A DNA stretch of 64,000 nucleotides, from contig OZ245817.1 of assembly GCA_965228475.1 (NCBI GenBank), positions 3,040,001 to 3,104,000 on the forward strand. Reading direction: 5' to 3'. Positions 10,020 to 19,198 of the stretch are shown here, one piece after another. The position numbers and the translations under genes are program-made. Source of the stretch: Myxococcota bacterium. GTDB taxonomy: Bacteria; Myxococcota_A; UBA9160; JAFDDA01. The notes under the pieces were generated by a model. The model did no database searches, was not told where the DNA came from, and saw nothing but the letters and a program-made list of their open reading frames with translations. How positions within the stretch are numbered: position 1 is the stretch's first letter; every line of letters begins with the position of its first letter.

Positions 10020-11468
10020 CTAGGGGGCGGCGGGCGCGGCCGGGCGGGCGACGGTCTGGGGAGCGGGCCCGCCGCGGTCCCGGTTCGCGGCAGAGAGCCG
10101 CTCGAAGTAGCGCCAGCTCTTCAGCACCTCGACGGCCCGGCGGAGCTGGCTGTCCTCGGCTTCGGCCTCGGGTGCCGTTCCGGCGGCCGGTTCGGGTGCG
10201 GCCTCGCCATCGGCTCCGGGCGAGTCCTGGGCCTCCGGCGCATCGCCCGGGTCGGCGTCTTCCTGGGTGAAGTGGCCTTCGAGATCGGCCTCGCGGACCC
10301 GCCGCAGAGCCGAGGCGGCCTTGGCGTCCTCGGCCTCGCGCTCGACCACGATGTCCGGCTCGATGCCGACCTCCTGGATCGAGCGGTCGCCGGGCGTGTA
10401 GTAGAGCGCCGTCGTCAGGCGGAGCCCCGAGCCGTCCTCCAGCGGGATGATGGTCTGCACCGAGCCCTTGCCGAAGGTCTGCGTGCCGAGCACGAGCGCA
10501 CGGTCGTGATCCTGGAGCGCGCCGGCGACGATCTCCGAGGCGCTGGCCGTGCCCGCGTTCACGAGGACCACGATCGGGTAGCCGCCCTCGGTCTCCTCGG
10601 CGTTGGCCTTGAACTCGTGGCGCTGGCTCTCGATGCGGCCCTTCGTGTAGACGACCAGCCCGTCCGAGAGCCACACGTCGGCCACCTCGACGGCCTGGTC
10701 GAGCAGACCGCCCGGGTTGTCGCGCAGGTCGAGCACCAGGCCCGCCAGGTCGCCGCCGTTCTCTTCGCGCAGGGCCTCGAGGCTCTCGCGCAGGTCCCGC
10801 CCGGTCCGCTCCTGGAAGGCGCGCAGGCGCACGAGGCCGTAGCCCTCCTCGAGCAGGTCGTGGTCGACGGAGACGATCTTCACGGTGTCGCGCACGATCG
10901 AATAGGGCTGGGGCAGCTCGAAGCCTTCGCGGTCGATCTGGATCGTGATGCGCGTGCCCTTGCGCCCGCGCATGAGCTTCACCGCCTCGACCAGGGTCAT
11001 GCCCTTGGTGGGCCGGCAGGGCTCGCTCCAATCCGCGGGCTTCCGCGTCGGGCAGATGCCGACGATGCGGTCGCGCGCCTTGATGCCGGCGCGCGCCGCG
11101 GGCGTGCCCTCGATCGGCGAGATCACCTCGATGAAGCCGTCGCGCCGCTTCGCGATCTCGATGCCGAGGCCCGCGAACTCGCCCTTGGTATCGATCTGCA
11201 TCTCCTTGTAGACGTCCGGCGCCAGGTAGGAGGAGTGCGGATCGAGGGTCTCGAGCATCCCGCGTACGGCCCCTTCGATCAGGTCCGATTCGTTCACGGG
11301 CTCGACGTAGTTCTTGCGCACGAGGTTCAGGACGCTCGTGAAGAGGTTCAGGTCTTCGTAGCGGGTGGCCGCGAGGGACTGGACGCTGCCCGAGAGGCCG
11401 AGGAAGAAGGCGGCCGCCGCCACCCCGGAAGCGAAGGGTACGACGTAGCGGAATCGTTGGCGGCCCAT
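10020..11468 (-). CDS. ctpA: Carboxy-terminal processing protease (S41A, PDZ domain)
   Basis: LDPHSSY, DLRDNPGGLL, TASASEIVAGALQD, TFGKGSVQ. Start trimmed to MGRQRFRY. Confidence 0.93.
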   Translation of the reverse strand: MGRQRFRYVVPFASGVAAAAFFLGLSGSVQSLAATRYEDLNLFTSVLNLVRKNYVEPVNESDLIEGAVRGMLETLDPHSSYLAPDVYKEMQIDTKGEFAGLGIEIAKRRDGFIEVISPIEGTPAARAGIKARDRIVGICPTRKPADWSEPCRPTKGMTLVEAVKLMRGRKGTRITIQIDREGFELPQPYSIVRDTVKIVSVDHDLLEEGYGLVRLRAFQERTGRDLRESLEALREENGGDLAGLVLDLRDNPGGLLDQAVEVADVWLSDGLVVYTKGRIESQRHEFKANAEETEGGYPIVVLVNAGTASASEIVAGALQDHDRALVLGTQTFGKGSVQTIIPLEDGSGLRLTTALYYTPGDRSIQEVGIEPDIVVEREAEDAKAASALRRVREADLEGHFTQEDADPGDAPEAQDSPGADGEAAPEPAAGTAPEAEAEDSQLRRAVEVLKSWRYFERLSAANRDRGGPAPQTVARPAAPAAP

Positions 11469-11538
11469 GCGGATCTCCTCGGCGGAAAGCCGTCCTTGCT
11501 TGACGGCCCGTCTTCCGGCGGGTGAGGGATTCGGGAGT

Positions 11539-12672
11539 CTAGCCCCCTCCCCCGCCCGCGAGCCAGCCGCCGGGGTCGAGGGCCTCGGCGCCGCGGCGCA
11601 CTTCGAAGTAGAGAACCGGCCCCCGAAGCGATCCACTTTCGCCGGCCGTTCCCAGGACGTCGCCCGCTGCGAGGTTCTCGCCCACGGCGACCGCGACCTC
11701 TTCCAGGTGGGCCGAGACGGTGAAGTAGTCGTCGCCGTGATCGAGGATCACGAGGTTCCCGTAGCCGCGGAAACGTCCGGCGAAACGGACGGTGCCGCCC
11801 GCGACCGAGCGCACGGTGGTGCCCCGCCGCACGCCGAAGTCGATGCCCTTGTGGAAGGTCTCGGTGCCGAACTCGTCATCGACCTCGAGGCCGAAGGAGC
11901 GGACGATCCGGGCCTCCACCGGGGGCGGCAGCTCGCCGCGCAGGCTCGCGAAGGAGCCCAAGGGCCCGCGCGAGCGGAGGGAGGCGAGCTTGTCTTCGAG
12001 GGCGCGGGCGGCGCGCTCGAGCTCGACCAGGGCGGCGCGCTCCCGTTCGCGGTCGGACTGGACCGCCGCGAGCAGGCGCCGGCGCTCCTGGCGTTCGGCG
12101 CGCAGCGCCCGTTCGCGCTCGGCCAGCTCGGCCAGCGCGACGTCGCGCCGCGCGGTGGCCTCCTGGGTCGCGGTCCGCGCGGCGACGAGCGCCTCCGCCT
12201 CCGCGCGGTGACGGTCGAGCATGACGCGGTCGTGGGCGAGGAGCCGGCGGAGGGCCCGCGAGCGGGCCAGGAACTCGCGCAGCGAGCCCGCGGAGAAGAG
12301 CAGCCGGACCGGCCCGAGCTCGCCGGCCTTGTAGAGCGAGACGGCGCGGGCCGAGAGCGCCTTGCGCGTGTTCGCGAGGTCCCGCTCGATGCGGCGTTCG
12401 TCCCGGGCGAGGGTCTTCGCGCGCTCCCGCGCCACGACGACGGCCTCGCGCGCCTCGCGCTCCGCCTGGGCGATCAGGGCCGCGCTCTCGTCGAGCGCCT
12501 CGAGCGCGTCGAGCAGGCCGTGCTCCTTCGCCTCGTAGCGCTCGACCTGCGCGCGGCGCTTCTCGATCGCCGCGTTCAGGCGTTCGAGTTCGTCCTCGCC
12601 GTCGCGCGCCAGCGCGGGCGAGCTGAAGGCCAGGGCTAGCCCGCACCCGAGCGTGATCGCCGCCGCCCTCAC
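11539..12672 (-). CDS. envC: EnvC-like murein hydrolase activator (coiled coil plus M23 domain)
   Basis: Signal peptide, long coiled coil, HKGIDF...GYGNLVILDHG...SAHL...LYFEVR. GTG start overlaps the ftsX stop. Confidence 0.85.
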   Translation of the reverse strand: MRAAAITLGCGLALAFSSPALARDGEDELERLNAAIEKRRAQVERYEAKEHGLLDALEALDESAALIAQAEREAREAVVVARERAKTLARDERRIERDLANTRKALSARAVSLYKAGELGPVRLLFSAGSLREFLARSRALRRLLAHDRVMLDRHRAEAEALVAARTATQEATARRDVALAELAERERALRAERQERRRLLAAVQSDRERERAALVELERAARALEDKLASLRSRGPLGSFASLRGELPPPVEARIVRSFGLEVDDEFGTETFHKGIDFGVRRGTTVRSVAGGTVRFAGRFRGYGNLVILDHGDDYFTVSAHLEEVAVAVGENLAAGDVLGTAGESGSLRGPVLYFEVRRGAEALDPGGWLAGGGGG

Positions 12673-13574
12673 CGGTCCGTCCGGACCGAGGCCATGGCCG
12701 AGAGCGAACCGACCAGGCCGAGCACCGAGCCGAGCACCAGGACGGCCAGGATCTCCGGCGCGGAGAAGAAGACCGGCTCCGCGCTGCCGATCAGGAAGGC
12801 CAGGGAGCTCGCGAGCAGCGCCGACGCCGCCCGGAAGAAGAGCCAGAGCAGCCCCACCGCGAGGAGCGCGCCGACGAGACCCTGGAGCAGGCCCTCGAGC
12901 AGGAACGGGGTCGCGATGAAGCCGCGGCTCGCTCCGACCAGGGCGAGGATCTCCACTTCGTCGCGCCGCGCGTAGACCGCCAGCCGGATCGTGTTCGCGA
13001 CGATCAGGAAGGCCGCGAGCGAGAGCACCGCCCCGAGCGCGACGGCGACCCAGCGGAGCGCCGAGAAGACCCGGCCGTACGTCTCGACCCACTCCTCGCC
13101 GTGGCCGACCTCGGCGACGCCGGGCATCCCCGCGAGCGCCTCGGCCAGGCGCGCGACGCCGCCGGCCGTGCGTTCGCCGGGTTCGAGGGCCACGTCGAGC
13201 GAGGCCGGCAGCGGGTTCTCCTCGAGGCCGTCGAGCAGCCCGGCGCGGCCCCCCGCCGCACTCTCGAAGCGGCGCAGAGCTTCGTCCCGCGTCACGACTT
13301 CGACGCTCGCCACGCCGTCGAGGCCGCTCGCGCGGGTCGCCAGGGCGCGGGTGGCGCGATCGTCGAGGCCGTCCTCGAGGTAGGCCGTCACGGTCAGGTC
13401 GTCGCCCACGTGTTCGACGAGGCCGGCCATCTGCTTCAGCACGAGGCCGAACACGCACGAGACGAGCAGCATGGTCGCGATCGTTCCGACGGCGACGGCG
13501 CTCGTCACCGGACTCGAGCGCAGACCCGAGACGGCCTCGCGCAGGAAGTAGAAGCCCCGCCACAGGCGCGTCAT
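12669..13574 (-). CDS. ftsX: Cell division permease FtsX
   Basis: ENPLPASL, IVANTIRLAVYARRDEVEILALVGAS, PFLLEG. Confidence 0.93.
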   Translation of the reverse strand: MTRLWRGFYFLREAVSGLRSSPVTSAVAVGTIATMLLVSCVFGLVLKQMAGLVEHVGDDLTVTAYLEDGLDDRATRALATRASGLDGVASVEVVTRDEALRRFESAAGGRAGLLDGLEENPLPASLDVALEPGERTAGGVARLAEALAGMPGVAEVGHGEEWVETYGRVFSALRWVAVALGAVLSLAAFLIVANTIRLAVYARRDEVEILALVGASRGFIATPFLLEGLLQGLVGALLAVGLLWLFFRAASALLASSLAFLIGSAEPVFFSAPEILAVLVLGSVLGLVGSLSAMASVRTDR

Positions 13575-13596
13575 GGTGCGAGCCGCCGCGGGCGCT

Positions 13597-14316
13597 TCAC
13601 GGGGCCGCCTCGGGAGGCGGGGGGCCGGCGCTGTCCGAGAGCCGGCCTTCGACCAGATGCAGCACGCGGTGGCCGTAGCGCTCGACCAGGCCGAGGTCAT
13701 GGGTCGCCACCACCACCGTCGTCCCCCGCGCGGCGGCCGCCACGAGCAGGTCCATGATCTCGATCGTCAGCTCGGGGTCGAGGTTCCCCGTCGGCTCGTC
13801 GGCCAGGAGCAGCTCGGGCTCCCCGACCAGCGCCCGCGCGATCGCGACGCGCTGCTGCTCCCCGCCCGAGAGCGCGAGCGGCGGCGAGTGCCGGCGGTGC
13901 TGCAGCCCGACCTGTTTCAGCATGCGGAAGGCCCGGCCCTTCACCTGCCGCGCCGGCTCCCCGCGCACCGCGAGAGTCAGGCCGACGTTCTCCTCGACGG
14001 TGCGCCGCGAGAGCAGCTTGAAGTCCTGGAAGACCACGCCGATCCGCCGGCGCAGGGTCGGGACGGCCGAGTCCGAGAGGCGCGCGATGTTGCGGCCGCC
14101 GATGATGATGCTGCCCTCGCTCGGCTGCTCCTCGGCGAACAGGAGCTTCAGGAGCGTGGTCTTCCCGGCCCCGCTCGGGCCCGTCAGGAAGACGAACTCG
14201 CCCTTCCCGATGCTGAGGTTCACGTCGCGCAGGGCAAAGGCGCCGGGCAGGTACGACTTCGAGACGTGGAAGAACCGGACGAGCGCCTCGCGGCCGGCTT
14301 CGTCGGTGAGGCTCAC
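13597..14316 (-). CDS. ftsE: Cell division ATP-binding protein FtsE
   Basis: GPSGAGKTT, RRRIGVVFQDFKLL, LSGGEQQRVAIARA, LLADEPTGNLDP. GTG start overlaps the upstream stop. Confidence 0.94.
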   Translation of the reverse strand: MSLTDEAGREALVRFFHVSKSYLPGAFALRDVNLSIGKGEFVFLTGPSGAGKTTLLKLLFAEEQPSEGSIIIGGRNIARLSDSAVPTLRRRIGVVFQDFKLLSRRTVEENVGLTLAVRGEPARQVKGRAFRMLKQVGLQHRRHSPPLALSGGEQQRVAIARALVGEPELLLADEPTGNLDPELTIEIMDLLVAAAARGTTVVVATHDLGLVERYGHRVLHLVEGRLSDSAGPPPPEAAP

Positions 14317-14873
14317 CGCTTGCTGCGGTGTCGCGCGGACTCCAGCAGATAGTCCAGCACCACCTCGTCGAGGGGGCGCTGGCCGCCTTCGGCCGCCGCG
14401 CCCTCGTCGCTCGGGCTGGCCTCCGGTGCCGGGGCCGGCTCGGGCGCGGCCGGAGCGCTCTTCGCACGCACCGCGCTCTTCGCACCCACCGGACTCGGCG
14501 GTGCGGGCTCGGGCTTCGCGATCTCCTCGGCGGCCACGCGCTGGATCGGCGTCGGCGCCTCGGGCTCCTGCGAAGCCTTCGAACCTCCGCCCTTGCCGGA
14601 GCCGAGCCGCTCGCGGATGACGGCGTTCAGCTGCCCGCTCTTCAGCTTCTCGACCATGGCGCCGTGCTGCTCTTCCATCAACGCCTTCACGGCGGTCGGC
14701 AGGTCCGCGTCTTCCTGCAGCAGGTGCTCGTAGCTCCGCTTCTCGGAGGCGAGAATGTTCCCGCCATGGAACAGGTGGGTGATGACGTGCGGATGCGCGC
14801 GCCCACTGTCCTCGGTCTGGACGTGGAACACGACACCCTTGTGCCGCACGTTCGTATTGAACCCCGAGAGCAT
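14313..14873 (-). CDS. romY: RomY-like conserved protein (putative MglB GAP activator family)
   Basis: N-terminal GFNTNVRHKGVVFHVQTEDSG...HLFHGGNILAS, Pro/Ala linker, C-terminal LDEVVLDYL. Architecture and position upstream of ftsE match my recollection of Myxococcus RomY. Confidence 0.6.
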   Translation of the reverse strand: MLSGFNTNVRHKGVVFHVQTEDSGRAHPHVITHLFHGGNILASEKRSYEHLLQEDADLPTAVKALMEEQHGAMVEKLKSGQLNAVIRERLGSGKGGGSKASQEPEAPTPIQRVAAEEIAKPEPAPPSPVGAKSAVRAKSAPAAPEPAPAPEASPSDEGAAAEGGQRPLDEVVLDYLLESARHRSKR

Positions 14874-15127
14874 CGCGGGCCAGACCCCCCAACGGCCACA
14901 CAACTGCCGGGCGCGAAGACGCTTCGATCGCCCGAACCCTGTGTAACCAAACCCCGCCCAAGCAGGCAAACCCCGACGCCGAGCGCCCGGATCCACCCCG
15001 CTCTTGCATCGGCTGCCCCTGTCCAATGCTGAAACTCGAGTATCATCCGCCGGCCCCAAGGAGCCGGGGCGCGCTCGATCAGACCGGCTCCGTCAAGCCC
15101 GGGCACGCCCGTGCCGTTGAGGACGAC

Positions 15128-15889
15128 ATGACTCGGACCCGTCGAACGTTGTGGTGCCTGGCCCTCGCTGCCCTGGCCGTCGGACTGGCCGGCTCGCCGG
15201 CCGCGGCCCAGGACGCCCCCCTCGTCACCCAGGACGACGTTACCCAGAGCGATTCCTGGCTCGACTCCATGAACCGCGGCAGCCGCGAGTTCAACTTCTG
15301 GATGTTCGACCACGTCCTGGAGCCGACCGCGCGTGGCTACAACTACGTCATGCCCAAATGGGGCCAGCAGCGGGTCCAGAACTTCTTCGAGAACCTGAGC
15401 CGGCCGCGCGACATCGTGAACAGCCTGCTCCAGGCCAAGGGACGGCGCGCCGGGAACCACCTGGCCGCGTTCCTCGTGAACTCGACGGTGGGCATCGCGG
15501 GCCTCTTCACCGTTTCGGAGCGGCTGACCTTCCTCGACGTCGAGCCGCCCGAGACCACCAACGAGACCCTCGGCGTCTACGCGATCCCGCCCGGCCCGTA
15601 TCTCGTGCTGCCGTTCCTCGGCGAGTCCTGCCCGCGCTGTCTCGTGGGCATGGTCGGCGACGCCGCCCTGAACCCGATCTTCTGGATCCCGGGCAACGCC
15701 GGCATCTACGCGGGCGTCGGCGCCCGGACGCTGACGGCCTTGAACCTCGTGGCCAAGCAGATGCCCTCGGCCTACAGCGGCAGCGACTCGGAGTGGGACG
15801 CCTACCGCGAGCGGATCAGCGAGCGCACGGCCTACGACGAGTCCAAGCGCCTCTTCTTCGAGAACCTGGAACTCGACGTCCTCGACTGA
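15128..15889 (+). CDS. mlaA: VacJ/MlaA family protein
   Basis: MNR...FN...D..LEPTARGY, NFFENL, NSLLQ, NSTVGIAGLF, TLGVYAIPPGPYLVLPFLG. Confidence 0.85.
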   Translation: MTRTRRTLWCLALAALAVGLAGSPAAAQDAPLVTQDDVTQSDSWLDSMNRGSREFNFWMFDHVLEPTARGYNYVMPKWGQQRVQNFFENLSRPRDIVNSLLQAKGRRAGNHLAAFLVNSTVGIAGLFTVSERLTFLDVEPPETTNETLGVYAIPPGPYLVLPFLGESCPRCLVGMVGDAALNPIFWIPGNAGIYAGVGARTLTALNLVAKQMPSAYSGSDSEWDAYRERISERTAYDESKRLFFENLELDVLD

Positions 15890-15954
15890 TCCCGGGTACG
15901 GGGATCCCGAGGGCGAAGGCCGGGCCTCCGCCCCCGGGCCGGCGGGCGCACCCC

Positions 15955-16614
15955 TCATGCGAAGAGGTGAGCCCGCCCTCCCTGGTGTTGCCTCGCGAGC
16001 GCGAACGCCGCGAAGCCCATGAGCAGCAGCGCGGCCGGCTCCGGCACCGCGAGCGGGGCGCTCCCCGGGGTCGGCGACGCCAGCACGATGAAGTCCGCCG
16101 CGTTGTCGCCGGTGTCGACGTTGGCGAAGCGGCGCGCGAGGCTCGATCCGGCGGCCGGATCGGGCGCGGCGCTGCCTTCTCCGGCGAAGATCTCTCCGGC
16201 TCCGAAGACGCCGTAGCCGAGGGCATCGAGCACCGAGGTCTCGCTCCGGAGCACCACCGAATCCGGACCGTTCTGGAAATCGAAGTTCGCGAGCAGGTCG
16301 GCCCCCGGCACCGCGGTGCCCCCGCCGCTCGCCGTGTCGGCGACGACGAAGACGCCGTCGGGCCCGATCGTGCCCGAGAGCGCGATCACCGGGCCGGCGG
16401 CGCCGTTCGAGCCGTTGATGCCCTCGAGAAAGAGCCCGTCGAGCGACGTCCCCGCAGCGCCGTAGAGCTCGACGAAGCCGAGGCCGTCGTCGCTCCCGGG
16501 GGCGTCGTAGAGGACTTCGGAAATCACGGGCATGGCCGCTGCGGGCAGGGGAAGGAGCCAGGCCAGGGCGAGCAGCGCGCGCGCTCCCGACCGGCCCATC
16601 GAGTGGAGGATCAT
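15955..16614 (-). CDS. Lamin-tail-domain (LTD) protein with PEP-CTERM sorting signal
   Basis: Signal peptide, ISEVLYDAPGSDDG..FVELYG, FQNGPDSV, DTGDNAADF...PTPG, then VPEPAALLLMGFAAFALAR. Confidence 0.82.
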   Translation of the reverse strand: MILHSMGRSGARALLALAWLLPLPAAAMPVISEVLYDAPGSDDGLGFVELYGAAGTSLDGLFLEGINGSNGAAGPVIALSGTIGPDGVFVVADTASGGGTAVPGADLLANFDFQNGPDSVVLRSETSVLDALGYGVFGAGEIFAGEGSAAPDPAAGSSLARRFANVDTGDNAADFIVLASPTPGSAPLAVPEPAALLLMGFAAFALARQHQGGRAHLFA

Positions 16615-16649
16615 GTCGTTCTCCCGGGACACGGGGCGGGGTGAGCGAG

Positions 16650-18233
16650 TCACTTCGGAGGGCCTCCGGACCAGCGCTCGGCGGTGCGTTCGCCGAACCA
16701 GCCGCCGGTCCAGGCATCGATGCCCGCGCCGAGCTCGTCGGCGCGCAGCCGCAGGCGCGCCGCTTCGAGGGGCCGGCCCTCGGGCAGGGCGAGGAGTTCG
16801 AGCTGCACGCGGCGGCGCTCGAAATAGAGATGACGGAGTTCGTCGAGGACGTCGTCGCGGAGTTCGAGGAGCTCTCGAACCTCCCGGGAAACGTCCACGG
16901 ATTCGGGGTGATGCAGCACATCCCCGAAGTCCCAGCTGAGGGCGAGGGAAGCCTCGAAGCCCGCCTGCCGTTCTCGCTCAAAGTCGAGCAGGCGGCGGGT
17001 GTCTCCCGAGAGGAAGGCCTCGTCGCGGTCGTCCGTGACGCTCGTGCCGTGATCGCGCTCGAGGCGGAGGGAGAGCGTCGGCAGCCAGCCGCGCCGCTCG
17101 GCCCCCCGCCGCAGCCGGCGCAGGCGCCCGGGCTCGAGTTCGAGGTAGGCCAGCGCCGCGCGGCGCACCTCCTCGATGGACGGCTCGCGCCGCTCGCCGA
17201 GAAGCCGCACCGGCAGATCCGTGATGGCGCCCGCCGCCGGCGCCAGGGCCGGACGCTCCGCCGGCTCGGGTGAGGCCGGCGCAGCATCGGCGTGCTCGAA
17301 CGCCCTGCGATGCAGCCCGCGGTCCGTCGCCGCGAACCAGGCGCCGGCGCCCCCTGCGAGGCCATGGACCGCCAGGGTGTCGAGCGGCGGATGCGCGCGC
17401 TGCCACGGGCCCTCCGGACCGGTGGCGAAGTACGTGCCCCGCTGCGAGGTCAGCCAGACTCCCCGGTCGCTCACGAACAGCCGTTCTGCGCGCGCTCCCG
17501 CCGGGAGCGTCGCGCAGGCCCGGCGATCCGAGACGGCGCGGCCGTCTTCCGAGACGACGCGGCCGTCTTCGGAGACGACGCAGCCGTCTTCGAGCAGCGT
17601 GAGCCGGGCGAGTCCCTCCGGCGCGAACGCCACGTCGACGGCGCGCGCGAGCGGGGCTTCTGCGCCCGGAACGAAGGCACCGGCCCCGAGGTCGAACTCG
17701 CCCCAGTACGCGCGCCCGTCGACCACGAGCCCGAGCGCGATCCGACCCGAGTCGCTCGAAGCGTCCGCGCGGGCGGCCAGCGCCGTCGCCTCGCCCGGCG
17801 GAAGACCGCCCCCGACGCGCAGCCAATCCCCGCCCGGTGCCAGCCGGCGCAGGCCATCCGCCGTGGCGGCGAGCCAGGCGTCGCCCGCCCGCGCGAGACG
17901 AAAGGCCGGCGGCACCCCGGCGCCGCGCGTGGCCACCCGGCTCCGCGCGCCGACGTAGTGCAGGCCGGCCTCCCCGGCGGCCCAGAGCCCGCCGTCGCCG
18001 TCGAAGGCGAGGTCCCGGATGCCGGGCACCTTCAGCGGGTGGAAGAGTTCGGCCGGCTCGGCGCTCCCGAGCCGGAGGCCCTCCGCGTCGGCGACCGCGA
18101 GGGCACCCCCGGCAGCGACCGCCACCGCGCGCGCGGGCCCGGGGTGAACCGGCTCGCTCCGCCACGGAGCCGCCGCGATGCCGGAAGCGGCGACGGCCAG
18201 GGCGAAGACGAGAAGCGTCGGAAGAACCTGCAC
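16650..18233 (-). CDS. Secreted protein with beta-propeller-like repeats and a C-terminal OEP/TolC-like helical region
   Basis: Signal-like N-terminus, repeated W-x-A-T-x-x-G-L blade motifs, C-terminal WLPTLSL...LSWDF...LYFERRR...IDAWTGGWF. Stop overlaps the 5' region of the LTD ORF. Start uncertain. Confidence 0.65.
   Translation of the reverse strand: MQVLPTLLVFALAVAASGIAAAPWRSEPVHPGPARAVAVAAGGALAVADAEGLRLGSAEPAELFHPLKVPGIRDLAFDGDGGLWAAGEAGLHYVGARSRVATRGAGVPPAFRLARAGDAWLAATADGLRRLAPGGDWLRVGGGLPPGEATALAARADASSDSGRIALGLVVDGRAYWGEFDLGAGAFVPGAEAPLARAVDVAFAPEGLARLTLLEDGCVVSEDGRVVSEDGRAVSDRRACATLPAGARAERLFVSDRGVWLTSQRGTYFATGPEGPWQRAHPPLDTLAVHGLAGGAGAWFAATDRGLHRRAFEHADAAPASPEPAERPALAPAAGAITDLPVRLLGERREPSIEEVRRAALAYLELEPGRLRRLRRGAERRGWLPTLSLRLERDHGTSVTDDRDEAFLSGDTRRLLDFERERQAGFEASLALSWDFGDVLHHPESVDVSREVRELLELRDDVLDELRHLYFERRRVQLELLALPEGRPLEAARLRLRADELGAGIDAWTGGWFGERTAERWSGGPPK
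17530..17592. repeat. In-frame 21-bp tandem repeat, three copies
   Basis: gagacggcgcggccgtcttcc / gagacgacgcggccgtcttcg / gagacgacgcagccgtcttcg; encodes EDGCVVS-EDGRVVS-EDGRAVS. Confidence 0.85.
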
Positions 18234-18385
18234 GGGGCGCCGGGAGAGCAATCGCCATGCCAGCGCCCGGTCCCCTGAAGCGCCGCCCCGCCGCGGCGCG
18301 ACCGGGAGGCTTCGCGCTCGGCGTCGCCCGCCGTTCGCGCGGACATCGCCCGGCGCGCCCCACCCCCCTGCAATTCTTCTTGCGG

Positions 18386-18414
18386 TTGACGCGGAGGGGA
18401 CCCTTCCGAAGAAT
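18386..18414 (+). promoter_or_regulatory. Putative sigma70 promoter for DUF4124-cofDCE
   Basis: TTGACG-N17-AAGAAT, 7 nt before ATG 18422. Confidence 0.45.
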
Positions 18415-18421
18415 CCCGGCC

Positions 18422-19189
18422 ATGCGCCCCGCGAACCTGCTCCCGCCGCCCCGCTCGTGGCTCCTGGTCCTGGCCGCGAGCCTGACTCTCGCGGCCGCCC
18501 CCGCCGGCGCCGCCGAGAAGCCCCGCATCTACAAGTGGGTCGATTCGAACGGCATCGCCCACTACACGACGGACCCGGAGCGGATCCCGAAGGCCCTGCG
18601 CAACCGGATCGAATCCCTCGATCGCGCCGAGACGCGCAGCGAGCCGACCTTCGCGGCCCCGGCGCCCGTCGAGCCCGCGCCGATGCGGGAGCCCGAGCCC
18701 CTGCGTTCGCCGACGCCCGCCCCGGCCCCCGAACCCTCGCTCGCCGCGCCCGCGCCGAGCGCCGACGCGGTGCCGAGCGCCCCCGTCGCACCGAGCCCGG
18801 CGACCGCCGCGAGTGCACCGCCCCCGGCTCCCTCCGCCCGGCCCCTGGACGAACCGGCCGCGCTGCAGGGCAGCGGCACCGAGGAGTGGGCCACGCGCAA
18901 CGCCCTCCCCCGCCGCTCCGCCGCCGCCGACGCCGATCCGAACTCCCCCGAAGGCCGCGCCGCCCTGGCCCGGGAACGCGAAGCCCTCGACGCGCGAATC
19001 GCCGAGGTCGAAGCCGCGATCACCGCCGACGAGAACGTGCTGAAGGATCTCATCACCGACCCGCAGCTCGACGAGGACACGCCGCTGTTCGACCGCCCCG
19101 AGTTCCTCGAGGTCTCGCGGCGTCTCCCCGAGCTCCAGGCCCAACTCGACGAGCTGCGCGGGCGCCGCGACCAGCTCGCCACCCCCTAG
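18422..19189 (+). CDS. DUF4124 domain secreted protein with Pro/Ala linker and coiled coil
   Basis: Signal peptide followed by IYKWVDSNGIAHYT. Confidence 0.8.
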   Translation: MRPANLLPPPRSWLLVLAASLTLAAAPAGAAEKPRIYKWVDSNGIAHYTTDPERIPKALRNRIESLDRAETRSEPTFAAPAPVEPAPMREPEPLRSPTPAPAPEPSLAAPAPSADAVPSAPVAPSPATAASAPPPAPSARPLDEPAALQGSGTEEWATRNALPRRSAAADADPNSPEGRAALAREREALDARIAEVEAAITADENVLKDLITDPQLDEDTPLFDRPEFLEVSRRLPELQAQLDELRGRRDQLATP

Positions 19190-19198
19190 GCCCGAACC

